A stretch of DNA of 64,000 nt from Rhizophagus irregularis. Lineage: Eukaryota. Under the pieces are notes generated by a model. It saw only the letters and a program-made list of their open reading frames with translations, made no database searches and was not told the DNA's origin. Each line of letters begins with the position of its first letter. The stretch's first letter is position 1. Position numbers and translations under genes: made by a program. The DNA lies in NCBI RefSeq assembly GCF_026210795.1, contig NC_089430.1, positions 4,588,001-4,652,000 of the forward strand. Direction: 5' to 3'. Shown here in pieces: positions 39,423 to 52,127 of this stretch.

Positions 39423-39717
39423 GGCCACACAAATCAATTTTTCGATTCACGTAACATTGAAATTTAAAATCGACCCGGGACTCGGGTTTATTGTTTATTA
39501 GTAGAAAAAGTTTATATATAAAATTGTGACATTTGATTGGTTGACTTTTAAAAGGGAGGAATTTATTTTCGCTCTAGAAGTTCTCAGCCGCGTGATAAAC
39601 TTACCCGCCAATAAAATTACGTCCTGATCACGTGATAATTTTTTTAATATATAAACTTTTTTTTATTGAAATTTGCCGGCCGGGTGAAGTGAACCGAAAA
39701 TTCGAATTTGTGTGGCC
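39423..39717. mobile_element. PIF/Harbinger (Tourist)-like MITE
   Basis: GGCCACACAAAT TIRs (about 30 bp, imperfect) flanked by TAA on both sides. Confidence 0.75.
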
Positions 39718-40730
39718 TAATATATAATATAGTACAACCATACACCTGAATATACACATTTGTAAAAAAAAATTAACGACTTTTTTATAGCGACCCTAAT
39801 AAGCGTTTTTCTAAATATGGTCGCACGTGTTAATTTTTTAGCTTCAGTTCTTTTACAACTTTGATACCATGAAAAAAAAAAATTTATAAACGGAAGAATT
39901 ATAAATTGTTACCATAAATTATTTTCGTAGTAATATATTCACTTGACTTTTTATGAACAATAAAATAATATATTTAATTTATTATTATTATTATTATTTT
40001 AATATTACAGCGTATATGAATTGATTCTTTACTTTCTCCAATAACGCTCAATTGAGAAAATTAAATTAAAATGAAACATCTTATAAACAACTATTAAATA
40101 AAAATTAGAGTAATTCAAAAACGGGATATTCAATAAATTGGATCCCGATCTAAACTTTAAAATTCTGCAGAGTGCAGATCATTCGAGAATCGGGAGTTAC
40201 CAAAAATTGGCATGTGAAGCTTTTTATTGTTAAACGGAACTGAACATGATCTCCGTGATTGTTTATCCAATCATATAAACAGTTGATGTAGTTACTGTTT
40301 TGGCTGAAACATGTTTTTAAGAATAGAAAATTTGATATAAATCATTACTATTGTTATAAATATGGAATAATTGTGTAAATAATAAGATTTATACTAGTTA
40401 AAAGTTTAGGTTACGCGAACCAAAAAATCCAAGTTTGTCAAACCATATCATATATATTGTAATACTTTATCAATTGGAATGCGTTACAATATGTATTACA
40501 ATCATTTAATGAAACACAGTGTTTTCTAATTCCATTCATTTCTTGTTTTTAAAAATCCATGTGATCAGTATTCATCTATGAAAGCTTTTATGATTATTAA
40601 TAAATTTATTCAAAGTCGATTTTCCTTTTTAATTGCTGTCTCAACTGTGCCTATTAAATCCTGATTTAACAGGATTTGTAATGTACGACGAAATATAACT
40701 GAATTTTTTTTTTGAATGACAAGCCTTAAA

Positions 40731-40899
40731 AGCTTTTGAAAGTATTTCTTTACAATTACAATACACAAGATGTCTTCTGCGTGAGCTTTTGAAAGTACTT
40801 CTTTACAATTACAATACACAATATGTCTTCTGCGTATTATGAAAAGCTTTTGAAAGTATTTCTTTACAACAATTACAATACATAATATGTCTACTACGT
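40731..40899. repeat. Minisatellite, ~53-bp unit x3
   Basis: AGCTTTTGAAAGTATTTCTTTACAATTACAATACACAAGATGTCTTCTGCGT starts at 40731, 40784 and 40845. Confidence 0.9.
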
Positions 40900-42455
40900 A
40901 AATATTTTTTATTATGTTTCGAGAATTTTATTATTTTATTACCAAAATAGCGAAATGAGGCTTATGATAATCACTTTACAGAATACACAGAATTTGGTTT
41001 GTTTATGTCGTACTAATGCTCACGATTCTCCTAAAACGTATTTTATTATATTTATAAGTAAATTACATTAATAAAATTCCTGACTGTACCAAATCGATAC
41101 AGTTTCTACCCTGTTATTTTTGCTTTTATGTCAAAAAATCATTCAAAATACATATTTGTACTTCTTCGTGTGAAAAAAAGGGGAACAATTAAAAAAGAAG
41201 GAAATTTAAAATAATTAAAAAGAATTTTTCAGTAATATTTGTGCGGTATTTTGGAAAGTTATATAGTACGATTGAGAATTTATGTATAGTATGGTTAAAA
41301 TGATCTACGTATGTATGATTTTTATGATTTTAAAGTAGTATGTACGATTCACGTTTATACATACATACTTAGATTACTATATATAAAAAAAATCTTTTAT
41401 TATTATACTGAAATTTAAACCTGATTCTGATATTCAATTGGAACAGTGGCATAATGAACTTTTTGTACATGTATGTGCCTTTCTTGAAAATATTGCAATT
41501 GAGTCTTCTTCTTCATTGCTTATATCAGTATCTTTATTACTTTCAATAGTATTACTATCACTTTCAACTTGATATTCCTTTAAGAAATGCAAAAGAAAAT
41601 TAATTTATTAAAAAACTTAGCCTTACATATTTTACTTATAGGATCTTACTCAATATAATCAATATCAAGTTCTTTGATATCTGAAGGTCTACTTTCTCAC
41701 TCATTTTTATTTATTTTGGATAAAAATATTTTTTCGCCAATAGAGAAAAAATTTTTTTCGTTAATTATAAGCCACAATCATAGAGACGTCGTGCTATATC
41801 TGATATTATTGTTTATTGCACGTGTTTCATTGTATCATATCACAAAATATTTTAGTATGATATTTATAATTTATTGTATCACATAGTATAATATTCATGT
41901 TAGTATGGTAATTTGTCTTATCATACATACTAAATTTATAAATCATACTATGATACTGATTTACTATATACCCATATTTGTGAAATAAGAACAATAAAAA
42001 AAAAACCATATTAGAAGAGGGAATTTTTTTTTAAAGCATTTTTAAACAAATAAAATAAAATATATTATATTAATTGATTTTAAATGGAAATTTTGTTAGA
42101 TTATTCCGATGATTGCAACAATTATTAGCACTATTTTTAAATTTATTATTATGGAAATGGAACTCCTAAACTTAATTTCACCAAAAATGGAATATTATAA
42201 CCTTTCAAACAATAAACAAAAATAGAAATTCAAGTATTTCTTTGTGGATTTTTACGCCACAGCACGAAACTGATTTTTATCAATGGCCGAATTGGTAGCT
42301 TTTATTTCTCAAAATAAATATACAATTCATTTACGATTTATTATTATGCAAAAGAGTTATAAATAATCGTAATAATTTCTTTCCTCAAATTTACAAAACA
42401 TTGAAATCTTATTCTTTTTTTTAAAAAAAAATTAAACCTCAAGAATTTTGCAAAA

Positions 42456-43703
42456 ATGGGTAAAAATATCGTCGTATTGTGTGACGGCACTTGGAATGGT
42501 GCAAACTCCGGAACTAACATTTATAAGTTATATAAAGAATTAATACTTGAGCAACAACATGTCAAGTACATAAACGGTGTTGGAATTGGAAAATCGGCCT
42601 TGGGTTTTATAATCGATGGTGCTGTAGCTCTAAGCCTTGATACTAAAATAAAAGAGGGTTATAAATATATAGTTGAACACTATAATCCTGGTGACGATAT
42701 ATGGCTTTTCGGCTTTAGCCGTGGTGCTTATACCGTGAGATGTATTGTTGGAATGATAAGAAATTGTGGGATACTAAAAGTGGATCAAAACAACACATCT
42801 GAGCAAGTTGACGAACGTGTTGATCATGCTTATCTTATCTATCGTAATAGAGACAGGAATTACCACCCGGAAGGAACTGGATCTGACGAATTCAAAAAAA
42901 AATTAAGTCATCCTGACTCTAAAAAGCCAGTTATTAAGTTTCTTGGACTTTGGGACACTGTTGGTGCTCTTGGCCTACCCATATATGATATTGACGAAGG
43001 TTTCAAATATTTAGAATTTTACGATCAAGTCGTGCCCAATGTAGTTAATTGTGCGTGTCAAGCTTTGGCTATTCACGAAAGAAATGCTTTTTTCGAGCCT
43101 TGCCATATATATCCAAATAGTTCCCGTACCGTAACTGTCAAAGAGACTTGGTTTCCTGGTATACATAATGAAATAGGCGGTGGAACTTTTTTATCATTTG
43201 GAGGAAATGAAAGAATATCAAAAGCAACTATGCTTTGGATGATAGAACATGTTGTACAAATTGGAGGTTTGTTAATGCGAGATGATCTTGAGGGTTATCG
43301 TACTCGATTAGATTACGGACCTTCTTGGAACCTCATAAATTTAATATTTGACAATTATAATGCTCTATTCCCAACGCCCATGCTTAAAGACAGAGTTATT
43401 CGTCTAAAATTAGATCCTAGTGAAAAATTTTTAAGAAAAGATCTACTTTATAGAGATGGTGACTGGTTACTTCCATTTGGTACCAGGTCCCATCTGCGTA
43501 CTCATTATGGTTCGAAAACGTACGAAGTGTTGCGTAATTCTATGGAAATAAAGGAAATCATGCTATACAACAATATAATATACGACAAGGACGTAAATGA
43601 AAAGAGCAAAAATATATTTGAATGGCTCATTTATAATATTTTACTTAGGATTATGACTTATTTCATTTGTTTAGTACTTATTATGAAAAAAAATAATTTG
43701 TAA
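42456..43703 (+). CDS. DUF2235 / Tle1-like alpha/beta-hydrolase, copy 2, with a hydrophobic C-terminal tail
   Basis: CDGTWN, GFSRG, GLWDTVG, WFPGIHNEIGGG. The Ser-Asp-His candidates are all intact. Confidence 0.92.
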   Translation: MGKNIVVLCDGTWNGANSGTNIYKLYKELILEQQHVKYINGVGIGKSALGFIIDGAVALSLDTKIKEGYKYIVEHYNPGDDIWLFGFSRGAYTVRCIVGMIRNCGILKVDQNNTSEQVDERVDHAYLIYRNRDRNYHPEGTGSDEFKKKLSHPDSKKPVIKFLGLWDTVGALGLPIYDIDEGFKYLEFYDQVVPNVVNCACQALAIHERNAFFEPCHIYPNSSRTVTVKETWFPGIHNEIGGGTFLSFGGNERISKATMLWMIEHVVQIGGLLMRDDLEGYRTRLDYGPSWNLINLIFDNYNALFPTPMLKDRVIRLKLDPSEKFLRKDLLYRDGDWLLPFGTRSHLRTHYGSKTYEVLRNSMEIKEIMLYNNIIYDKDVNEKSKNIFEWLIYNILLRIMTYFICLVLIMKKNNL

Positions 43704-43713
43704 AATATAGAAT

Positions 43714-43952
43714 TAGATTAAGACATCTATTAACCGGTTAATTTATTCGGTAAAAGCGCAGATCACTGGTTTATATTAACATTATGAAAAATTGTTAGCA
43801 AAATACTTCAAGTATTAATAACTATAAACTGGTACTTAATTCTTGCTGGAATTAAGATTTAAATTTTGCAACTCCGGCGGTCAAATGTTAATGCCGGCGG
43901 CCGGCCAGAATTAAGTTTTAACTGATTAATTAACCGGTCGAGGTTTTTGAAC
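43714..43952. mobile_element. End-deleted copy of the hAT-like MITE at 37989
   Basis: Preceded by TATAGAAT. Shares AGACATCTATTAACCGGTTAATTTATTCGGTAAAA and GCCGGCCAGAATTAAGTTTTAAC. Confidence 0.7.
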
Positions 43953-44990
43953 TTTTATTTTTATTTTTTTTTTGAAATAAATTTCTTTTTTACCTACAAT
44001 AAATGATATGTTTTTATTATAAAAATTTAACGTGCAGTTTAAGATAACTAATAACGAACGAAATATTCGAGATATTAGTGTAACAATGACTAAAGAATAA
44101 ATAGAGCTAACCCACTCACCCACTGTTGCTAGACCATAAATAATAGTTATGTTAGGGCTAAACTAATTTTGACAGGAATTAATATTTCGCACTTCTTGAT
44201 GAAATTACTTTGATATTGATTAAAATACGGATTATTATTACCTAGTTAGTTATTCATAATAATAAATAGGTTTTTAAAATATATTACATCATTCTAACCC
44301 ATAAATTTCGGGTAAGCGACGCGCTTTTTCAATCATTAGAAAAAGAAAGAACAGCACGAATTTATAGAATATAAATATAAATTCATTAGTGTACTCTTCG
44401 CTTAAATTTAAATGACATTTGTGTAATGAATTCACTTTAGGTACAAATACAACTTGTTTATCCTGTTTATGAATTGTTGTCAAATGAAGGTCTCGTTTCT
44501 ATAATAACTAATTGAATGAATTTCTTTCTGAAGATTCACAATACTAAATTAAAAAAAAAATGTTAGTAATGGAACTTGTAAATTAGGTCGATATATTTCA
44601 TTTTGCAATTTAGCTTTAGCAGCAAATTCTCGAATAGCTGAAATTGGCACGATATAATAAAAGTCTAAATGATTTTACTGGTTGAACGATAAAATAAAAT
44701 ACTAAATGATTTAATGTTTTATATATTTTTTGAATTAGAGATATATTTTTTTTTTTAAACAAAAAAGCACTCGTCTACTTTCATAGTCCCAAATACTGTG
44801 GGAAGGAATTAATCAAAGAAAATTGTATCCCGCACGATTATTCTGATGTAGGTTACTTGATTTTTATAATCATCCCTATTATGAACAATATAATAATGTA
44901 ATTAGAATTTGAATATTATTGATTAAATAATTCATTATTCTGGTAATTAAATAATTCATTATTTATTGAATAATTATTAAAAAGCTAACA

Positions 44991-45790
44991 ATTCCATTTG
45001 ATAGAATCATTACAAAATTGATACTTTTAGTGAAATTTAATGGGAGACAAAATCAAATATAATTTTCAAGCAGGCACAAAAAATAGTTGATAGTGATAAC
45101 AAATAAGAAGCGTCAATTAATATACAAAAGATTTAATGAGCATTGTAAATAATACTTTTGAGGCATGCGAAACTTGTTATATGGTTGTACATATCTGGAT
45201 CCAGAGAAGTGCAAGGACATAAACTCTAATCTAGTAAAGTGAGTGATTTGACTGGCACTTTCTACTCATAATTTACTGTCGTCACCCTTTATACAGAGCA
45301 TGAAAAATTCGCGGAAGAAAGTGGAAACCTTTGCTGCGGGTAATAAATTGTCAACTGCTATAACAAAATGACACATTTACAAAATGAAAATTTCGTCGAC
45401 TCGCATGAATCTGATGCCACTTTGTTTATAGACCGAAGTATAAAAATCCAGATCGTGCTCTTTCAAAATACGTGCCTATACTATGAAGCAAATATTTATT
45501 CAAGATTATATACTATTTATTCGGAATATTAAAAATATTTGTATGATACATAATTTAAAGTAAACTATTCTTTAATTTAATCTTATTGATCGTAAAGTTA
45601 AACTTTACGATAACGAAATTGAGGTTATTGTTGCCAAAATTACTAAATATGGTATTTTTTAAATATATACAGAAGAAAAAATGGAGAAATAAATGCTTCA
45701 TTTGTAATGATAACATAGTTCCTTGTGAATATTTTTATTTTAACTTCGTCGTATCACGTAATAGTTACGTCTACTTACTATCAGATAATT
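44991..45790 (+). repeat. Duplicated segment: orphan kinase last exon plus downstream flank, homologous to 50441-50540 and ~51280-51870
   Basis: ATTCCATTTGATAG|AATCATTACAAA..GGGAGACA and CATATCTGGATCCAGA.AAGTGCAAGG occur at both loci. Confidence 0.75.
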
Positions 45791-46098
45791 ATTAATAGCC
45801 ATAAATTTAATATTGGATAATGATCGGGATAATGAATTTCGGAAATATTAAAATTTTGGAAGCTGAATTTTCGAGAAGCCCTTAAGAACTTGATTTTTCC
45901 AGTTGAGATTTTCCAGGGTGACTAACCATAGGTGTTATTTCACGATTATTTCCCAGTTGAGTTCCAACCATTTCAGATAAAGATTATGTCTTTCTCTTTC
46001 TTCAGTTATATTTTTAAAAGCTATCTATTAACTGTCAAAATTCGAATAATTTTTTGTAATTATAATATTATAAAAGAGATATATTTTTAAAATTATTT

Positions 46099-46460
46099 AT
46101 CGATTTGCAAGAATTCTATTTAATAAAATTTTTAAAATTTTTGGTCCGGGAAAGATCTGCTTTAATTTGTTATGTTATGATAATTCTGTTTGATCCTTAA
46201 ACACAATCTACTATTGTTGTAATTTTTTCTCACCTGCTGATCGATTCGCGTCTAAACATTTTTTATTCAAATCCACAGGCCTTGGTCTAAAAATATTTAT
46301 TTTTTAAACTATCATCATGGCTCACATCATGATATGGAGGTAATAGATGTCAGCGTCTTTAGTATAATTTGTCCTCTTAAATTCTCAGGAGCAATATGTG
46401 GTAAAACACTGTATGTACCATTTTCCGTATTTCCCGTTACATTGTAATCTGCAGGTTTAT
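46099..46460 (-). pseudogene. Kinase C-lobe relic
   Basis: Minus strand reads YKPADYNVTGNTENGTYSVLPHIAPENLRGQ/YTKDADIY/PPYHDVSHDD/KKCLDAN, with frameshifts and deletions. Confidence 0.8.
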
Positions 46461-47149
46461 ATCGGAACTTTTGTGTTTGAGAATACGATTGTAATTTATT
46501 ATCATATGGAGGAATTTTGAAATTAACTTTCCAATAATTATTAAATTCAATACAGTTGGAAATTTTTCTACCGTTTCATTCGTTAAATATCATATTTTAC
46601 CAAAATCGAGTGTAAATTAGCATCCATTAATAATTACTTTCCCTTAAAATACAGTATGAGAAAAGAACAACATTATTTTCTACGAATAATCCATCTTTAA
46701 TTGCTAAAAGAGATATAATTTCAACTAGTTCATTATTTGTTCGGCTTTTTATGAATTTTATTTAAAACTATTATTTCTTTATAGTCGAAAGCAAAAGTAA
46801 AAATAATTTAGTTAAAAATCAGTGTTTTTTTTTGACATAATAATTAATGATTTAACGATTTACGATAATCTTCTAATCTCACTAGCGGATAACCATTAAA
46901 ATTTATTGTTTAAAAAAAAAGTTACATACTGTACAGTACATACATAAAAAAATAAAATAAAAAAAACAAAAAATATTACATTTGTACATTTTTGTAAAAA
47001 TTTAGAGAGGTCCGTCCTCCACTTTTATAATTTTCACTTATTCATTCTTCACGCCCATTTCGTAAAAGTCCTTATCTGATCGTTATCATAATTAAATAAA
47101 AATTAATTAGTTTAATTATTTGATGGTAATAAGAAAATGAATATTTACC

Positions 47150-48238
47150 TTAATTTTCAATTAATCTATCTCTATTCAATACATCTTTCATTAATCTAGA
47201 ATAATTTTTGCAATCTTCTTCTACATCTTTCCATCTTCTTTCAATTTGATTAGCAATTTGATATCTTTTAACACGCGCATTTTCATTATTAAATCTTGCA
47301 AGATTATTAATAAGATATTTAATTCTTTCAGTTTGTTCAGACCAAAAAACTTCTACTTTACCAATTTCTACAACAATAGAATTTAAACCATCACAAACTT
47401 GATTTATTTTCTCAACCAAATTATCTCGTTCACGTTTCATGGTCACATCATTACAAAGAATACCAGCAGATCCAGTTGCATAAACTGATGCAGCAAGTAA
47501 TAAACAATCAGCGAATACAGAACCCCCGAGAAAAGCTAATGTTCCAAGTGTTCCATAAATAGGGTGATCCTTAAAAATTTGTAATATATTACTCAAATTT
47601 GCTCTAACTGAGGACTTTTGTACAGAATCAATTTTATGAGGAGATCTATTAATATCATCAATATATTCTTTTAAAAAGTTATGAATTTTTGTTAATTTCT
47701 CTTTCATTCCAATAGTTCCATCATCAAGAATTATATTTAATTTTTCTTTAAACTCAGTTTCATTAATTTCTTCTTTACCAGTTCCTTTAGATATTATATT
47801 TTTTAATTCTTTAGTTGTTTTATAATTTCTTTCTGATTTTTCTAAAAGGTCTCTTAATAAATCTAAATTTTCTTCATTAGAAAATTGATCAGTATTTTTA
47901 AAACATTCAACGAAAAATAAAATATCAATTGAAAATGCTGATAAATTATTGCTAGATTTTATTGAAGCTTCAATAAATTCACGAAAAACTTCACGTTGTT
48001 CTCCTATTGCTTGATTAATAACAGTCATTATTTCACTATTATCAATTATAATATCTTCTGAACATTTTTTAAAATTTGTGACGATAGTTTGACCAAGATT
48101 ATTAATAAAATTTGGTGCTACATCATTTTCGAATAAATTAATGTTAATAGATTCAGAAGATTCAGATAATAATGAAGTTGATGAAGTTCTACGATTATTT
48201 ATAGTAGATTCAGACATATTTCCGTCAATATTTGTCAT
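47150..48238 (-). CDS. Uncharacterised helical/coiled-coil protein with a central hydrophobic hairpin, 362 aa
   Basis: Paralog of 28115-29380. Hydrophobic stretch PIYGTLGTLAFLGGSVFADCLLLAASVYATGSAGILC lies between helical regions. Confidence 0.88.
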   Translation of the reverse strand: MTNIDGNMSESTINNRRTSSTSLLSESSESININLFENDVAPNFINNLGQTIVTNFKKCSEDIIIDNSEIMTVINQAIGEQREVFREFIEASIKSSNNLSAFSIDILFFVECFKNTDQFSNEENLDLLRDLLEKSERNYKTTKELKNIISKGTGKEEINETEFKEKLNIILDDGTIGMKEKLTKIHNFLKEYIDDINRSPHKIDSVQKSSVRANLSNILQIFKDHPIYGTLGTLAFLGGSVFADCLLLAASVYATGSAGILCNDVTMKRERDNLVEKINQVCDGLNSIVVEIGKVEVFWSEQTERIKYLINNLARFNNENARVKRYQIANQIERRWKDVEEDCKNYSRLMKDVLNRDRLIEN

Positions 48239-49018
48239 ATAAGTTTTTTTTTTTAAGAGAGAAAGTTTTGAAAAAAAGAAAAAATGTTTACAAAATGAAA
48301 TTATATTCGGTTATTAAAAATAAGGACGATCGCTAAATAATTGGTTAGATCATAACTATTCATGTAGTACGTACATACAACCTTAATAAAAAACTTGATA
48401 GTAAGGCGCAATCACCTAATGCGCCAAATGATTTCTAAAAATATGCAACGATACAAAAGTAGACAAGATCATGGAAAGAAAATCTATAAACATTTCTAAA
48501 TTGTTCATTTTAACAACGTAATTTTGGTCGATATGAAAAACAAAAATTATTTAAAAAGTATAAATTAAAAAATGGATATTTTTTATATTAAAATTCTAAA
48601 CATAATCAAGTTTGTATAGAATTTATATATTAATTTTAGTAATATTCCTAACTAAAAGCACATTTCAAAGAAAAAAAAAAAGGTAAAGAAAATTGTAACT
48701 ATAATATTATTATTATTAACCATAAATTGTATAGTATGAAACAAAAGTTTAATGGCTTTTAATTTTAGTGAATCCAATGATTACTTAGATTTGCGTAATA
48801 ATATTTTATTTTATATCGTGAAACTTAAAATATTAATAGTTAAATTTGATTTATTTAGGTAACAAGTCAATATACTATTAATAAAAAATTGCTATTATTA
48901 TTTTGAACGATCAACACGCACTGCCTCAATGTGCTGCGTTACACGCAGATCGTATAGTATAAAAAAAGTAACCAGAAGTTTTTTCTTTCCTAAAAAACTT
49001 ACATCACATCTTTTGACA

Positions 49019-50528
49019 ATGAATAAATCAAAATTTAATAAAGTGTGGATATGTCGAAAATGTAAACAAATAAATACTGGAATTAAATGGTGTCATACAT
49101 GTAATTCAAATCATTTTAAAAACAATTTCAAAAATTGGACAAGCGGTAATGATGATATTGATAAATTTTTACAAAATATTCAATTATCAGCGGACAATAA
49201 TTTTAAGGTATTAGAGTGGATACCTTATGAGAGATTTTATAATATTGAATATATTGCAAGAGGAGGTTTTGGAACAGTGTATAAAGCAATTTGGATTGAT
49301 GGATATATACGTGAACGGGATAATAAAAATCAAAATTGGAAAAGATCTGGTCAATATACGTTTGTAGCTCTGAAAAGTTTAAATTATTCAGAAAGTGTTA
49401 TACCAAAAATTTTAAATGAGGTAAGATATAGTCATACATTTACGATAATCATTTAAGTAATATTTTTATTTAACCATTTTTTTTTTTAGATTATATTACA
49501 TTATAAAACGAACGAATGTGGATCAAATATTGTTCAATTTTTTGGGATAACTCAAGAACCAAGAACGAAAAATTATATGATGGTTTTAGAATATGCGATT
49601 AATGGGAATTTACGAAATTATTTAGATAAGAATTATAATAATTTACGTTGGAAGAATAAGATTTTTGATTTATGTAATATCGTAGTTGGTCTTAGTCAAA
49701 TTCATGATCAGGATTTAATTCATCGAGATTTACATATTGGAAATATATTAAAATTATCATTAAAAACTTCAATATGTGATATGGGATTATGTTCACCTGA
49801 ATCTAAAGAGTTAGAAAGTACAAAAAATGGTTATATGGCGTTTTACCTTATATTGCTCCCGAAATTTTAAGAAGACAAAATTATTCTAAAGCTTCTGATA
49901 TTTATAGTTTTGGTATAATTATGTATGAAATCATTTCAGGGTTACCTCCATATCATAATGTAGCTCACAATGAACTTTTAGCAATAAAAATTTGTCATGG
50001 ACTTAGACCAAGATTTAATACTAAAGTACCTCAATCAATTGTTCACTTAATTAAGAGATGCTTAGATGCGAATCCATCAAATCGACCAACAGCGAATGAG
50101 ATTAGAAAAATATTAAATCAATTAATTAATAACATTAGACATCAAGATGATCCAGATTTCAATTTATATATTAAAGAAGAAGAACAAGAAATTGAAAATA
50201 ATTTTTTTCCTAATATAATATCTTCAAATACCGGTTCAATATTATCATATAAAACACATTCCGAAGCTATTTATACAAGTAGATTACTTGATTTTAATAA
50301 TCTTCCTGAACCAAAAAATTCTGATGACTATTACGAACGATATGATGATATAATTAGCACTGAATATTCTGGTAATTAAATATTTTTTATCATTTTAAGT
50401 AAATATATTGAAAATTTTATGGATAACAAAAATTTGATTTATTCCATTTGATAGAATCATTACAAATTGATGTTTTTAGTGAAAATGAATGGGAGACATT
50501 CATCACATCAAAATTCAATCTTATATAG
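49019..50528 (+). pseudogene. TKL-like kinase with a 1-nt frameshift near 49832. Exons 49019-49420, 49490-50371, 50455-50528
   Basis: All motifs present (CRKC..WCHTC, VALK, HRDLHIGN, DMG). AAT GGT TA TAT GGC lacks one base relative to the paralog's AAT GGT ATA TAT GGA, which shifts [10 protein letters not shown] out of frame. Confidence 0.8.
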
Positions 50529-52127
50529 TAATTTTCAAGCATGTCAAAGAGAAAGTAAAACAACATGGACAATATCACGTAAAACTTCTCTTCATTTTAT
50601 ATTCTGAACGATCAATAGTAAATTCAAAATGATCGAAAAAGCGTTAGGTGATGAGAAATGGGAATATTTTATTTTAATTTCATTTGATTTACAAGATTAG
50701 TCTTGATTAATATTTCAGATATATTTATTTTATTTTATTTATTTTTTTTTTTCAATTATTATATCCACTTACAATAATTTAGAAATAGCAATAATTTCAT
50801 CTATCATACAATTTCGTTCTTTTTTATGATTTTACAATTTTTTTTACATCTTCAATAATAATTCTTGGTGCAAAACGAGTGATACTTTTTGCTAACGCTT
50901 TTAATTATTATTTATTTCACGTGTAATGAAAGTCGTGCCTGAGAATAAATTAGTATATTTTTTATCAAGAATATTTTACTAAAGCGGTAGCATAGATGTC
51001 GCATGATGTTATTCATTATGTGATGATTTTGATTTAGCGTTCCCTTTACTTTATTGAATTACAAATTCAGCTTGTTGTACCTTAATTATACAGCATCACG
51101 TAATATATTTACGTAGATTTTCAAAAAAAAAAAATAATAAGTTTACATTTTACATGATTTACCGTCCCACAACATCTCTCAATTTAATAAAAATTCGCTA
51201 ACCCTTACATTGATATGTATTGCATGGGTTGCACAATATTTTACTATACGAAAATTTCAATGAACGCCACAGATATTTTTAAGGCATGCAAACAAATTAT
51301 GCTTGTTTGCCTGTTTGATGTAAATCATACATATCTGGATCCAGAAAAGTGCAAGGTTATAAACTTTGATTGACAAGTTATATCATAGCTCGAATTTACT
51401 TCACAAAATCGCAGAAGAAAGGAAACCTTGCTACAGATAATGAACTGTTAACTGTTATAACACAATGACACGAAAAAGGGACTAATTGCTATGCATGAAA
51501 AATTTTTTTTGGCGAGCTTGCTCCTCATTTACAAAATGAAATTAACAACCCACGGGAATACTGATGCCACCTTGTTTTATAGACTGAAGTATGAAGACCC
51601 AATATATCGTATACTTCTTCAAAACACGTTCCCAATTATAACAGAAATACTACGAAACAAGTATTTATTTAAGATTAATATGATATACATAGAATAATAA
51701 AAAAAAAAATTTTTTCGTCAATTCTTTTACAGCAAATTCATCCTTAAATCGAACTTTACGATAGATTAGCGCTTATTAATATAGAAGAAAAGATATACAA
51801 TCGATTATAATGACAATATAATTGGATATTTACATATCGCGTAATAGTTACAGTAAATTTCATCTACTATCAATACTATAAAATATATTTAATATCATAT
51901 ATGGTATCTTACTTTATACCATATAGTATTTTTCACTTTTGTAAAAATTGTAATTTATAAAAAAGTAAATTAAAAATTTATTCAGGCTGGAATTGCGTGA
52001 TTTCTATGGATCTTTTCATGTACGTCACGTGATTTAGATTATGAAAAATTTTGACTAATTTCATTTAACATTGATGGGATCTATCTCTAGTAACATTAAA
52101 CTTTTACCAAAAAACTGACCAATTTTT

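Noticed and set aside
40731..40899. CRISPR-like repeats / ORF 40610-40819
   Set aside because: Head-to-tail minisatellite without spacers. The ORF is a by-product of it.
41400..41720. Possible gene or transposase remnant on the minus strand (acidic EYQVESDSN..EEEDS)
   Set aside because: Short, broken and without a diagnostic motif.
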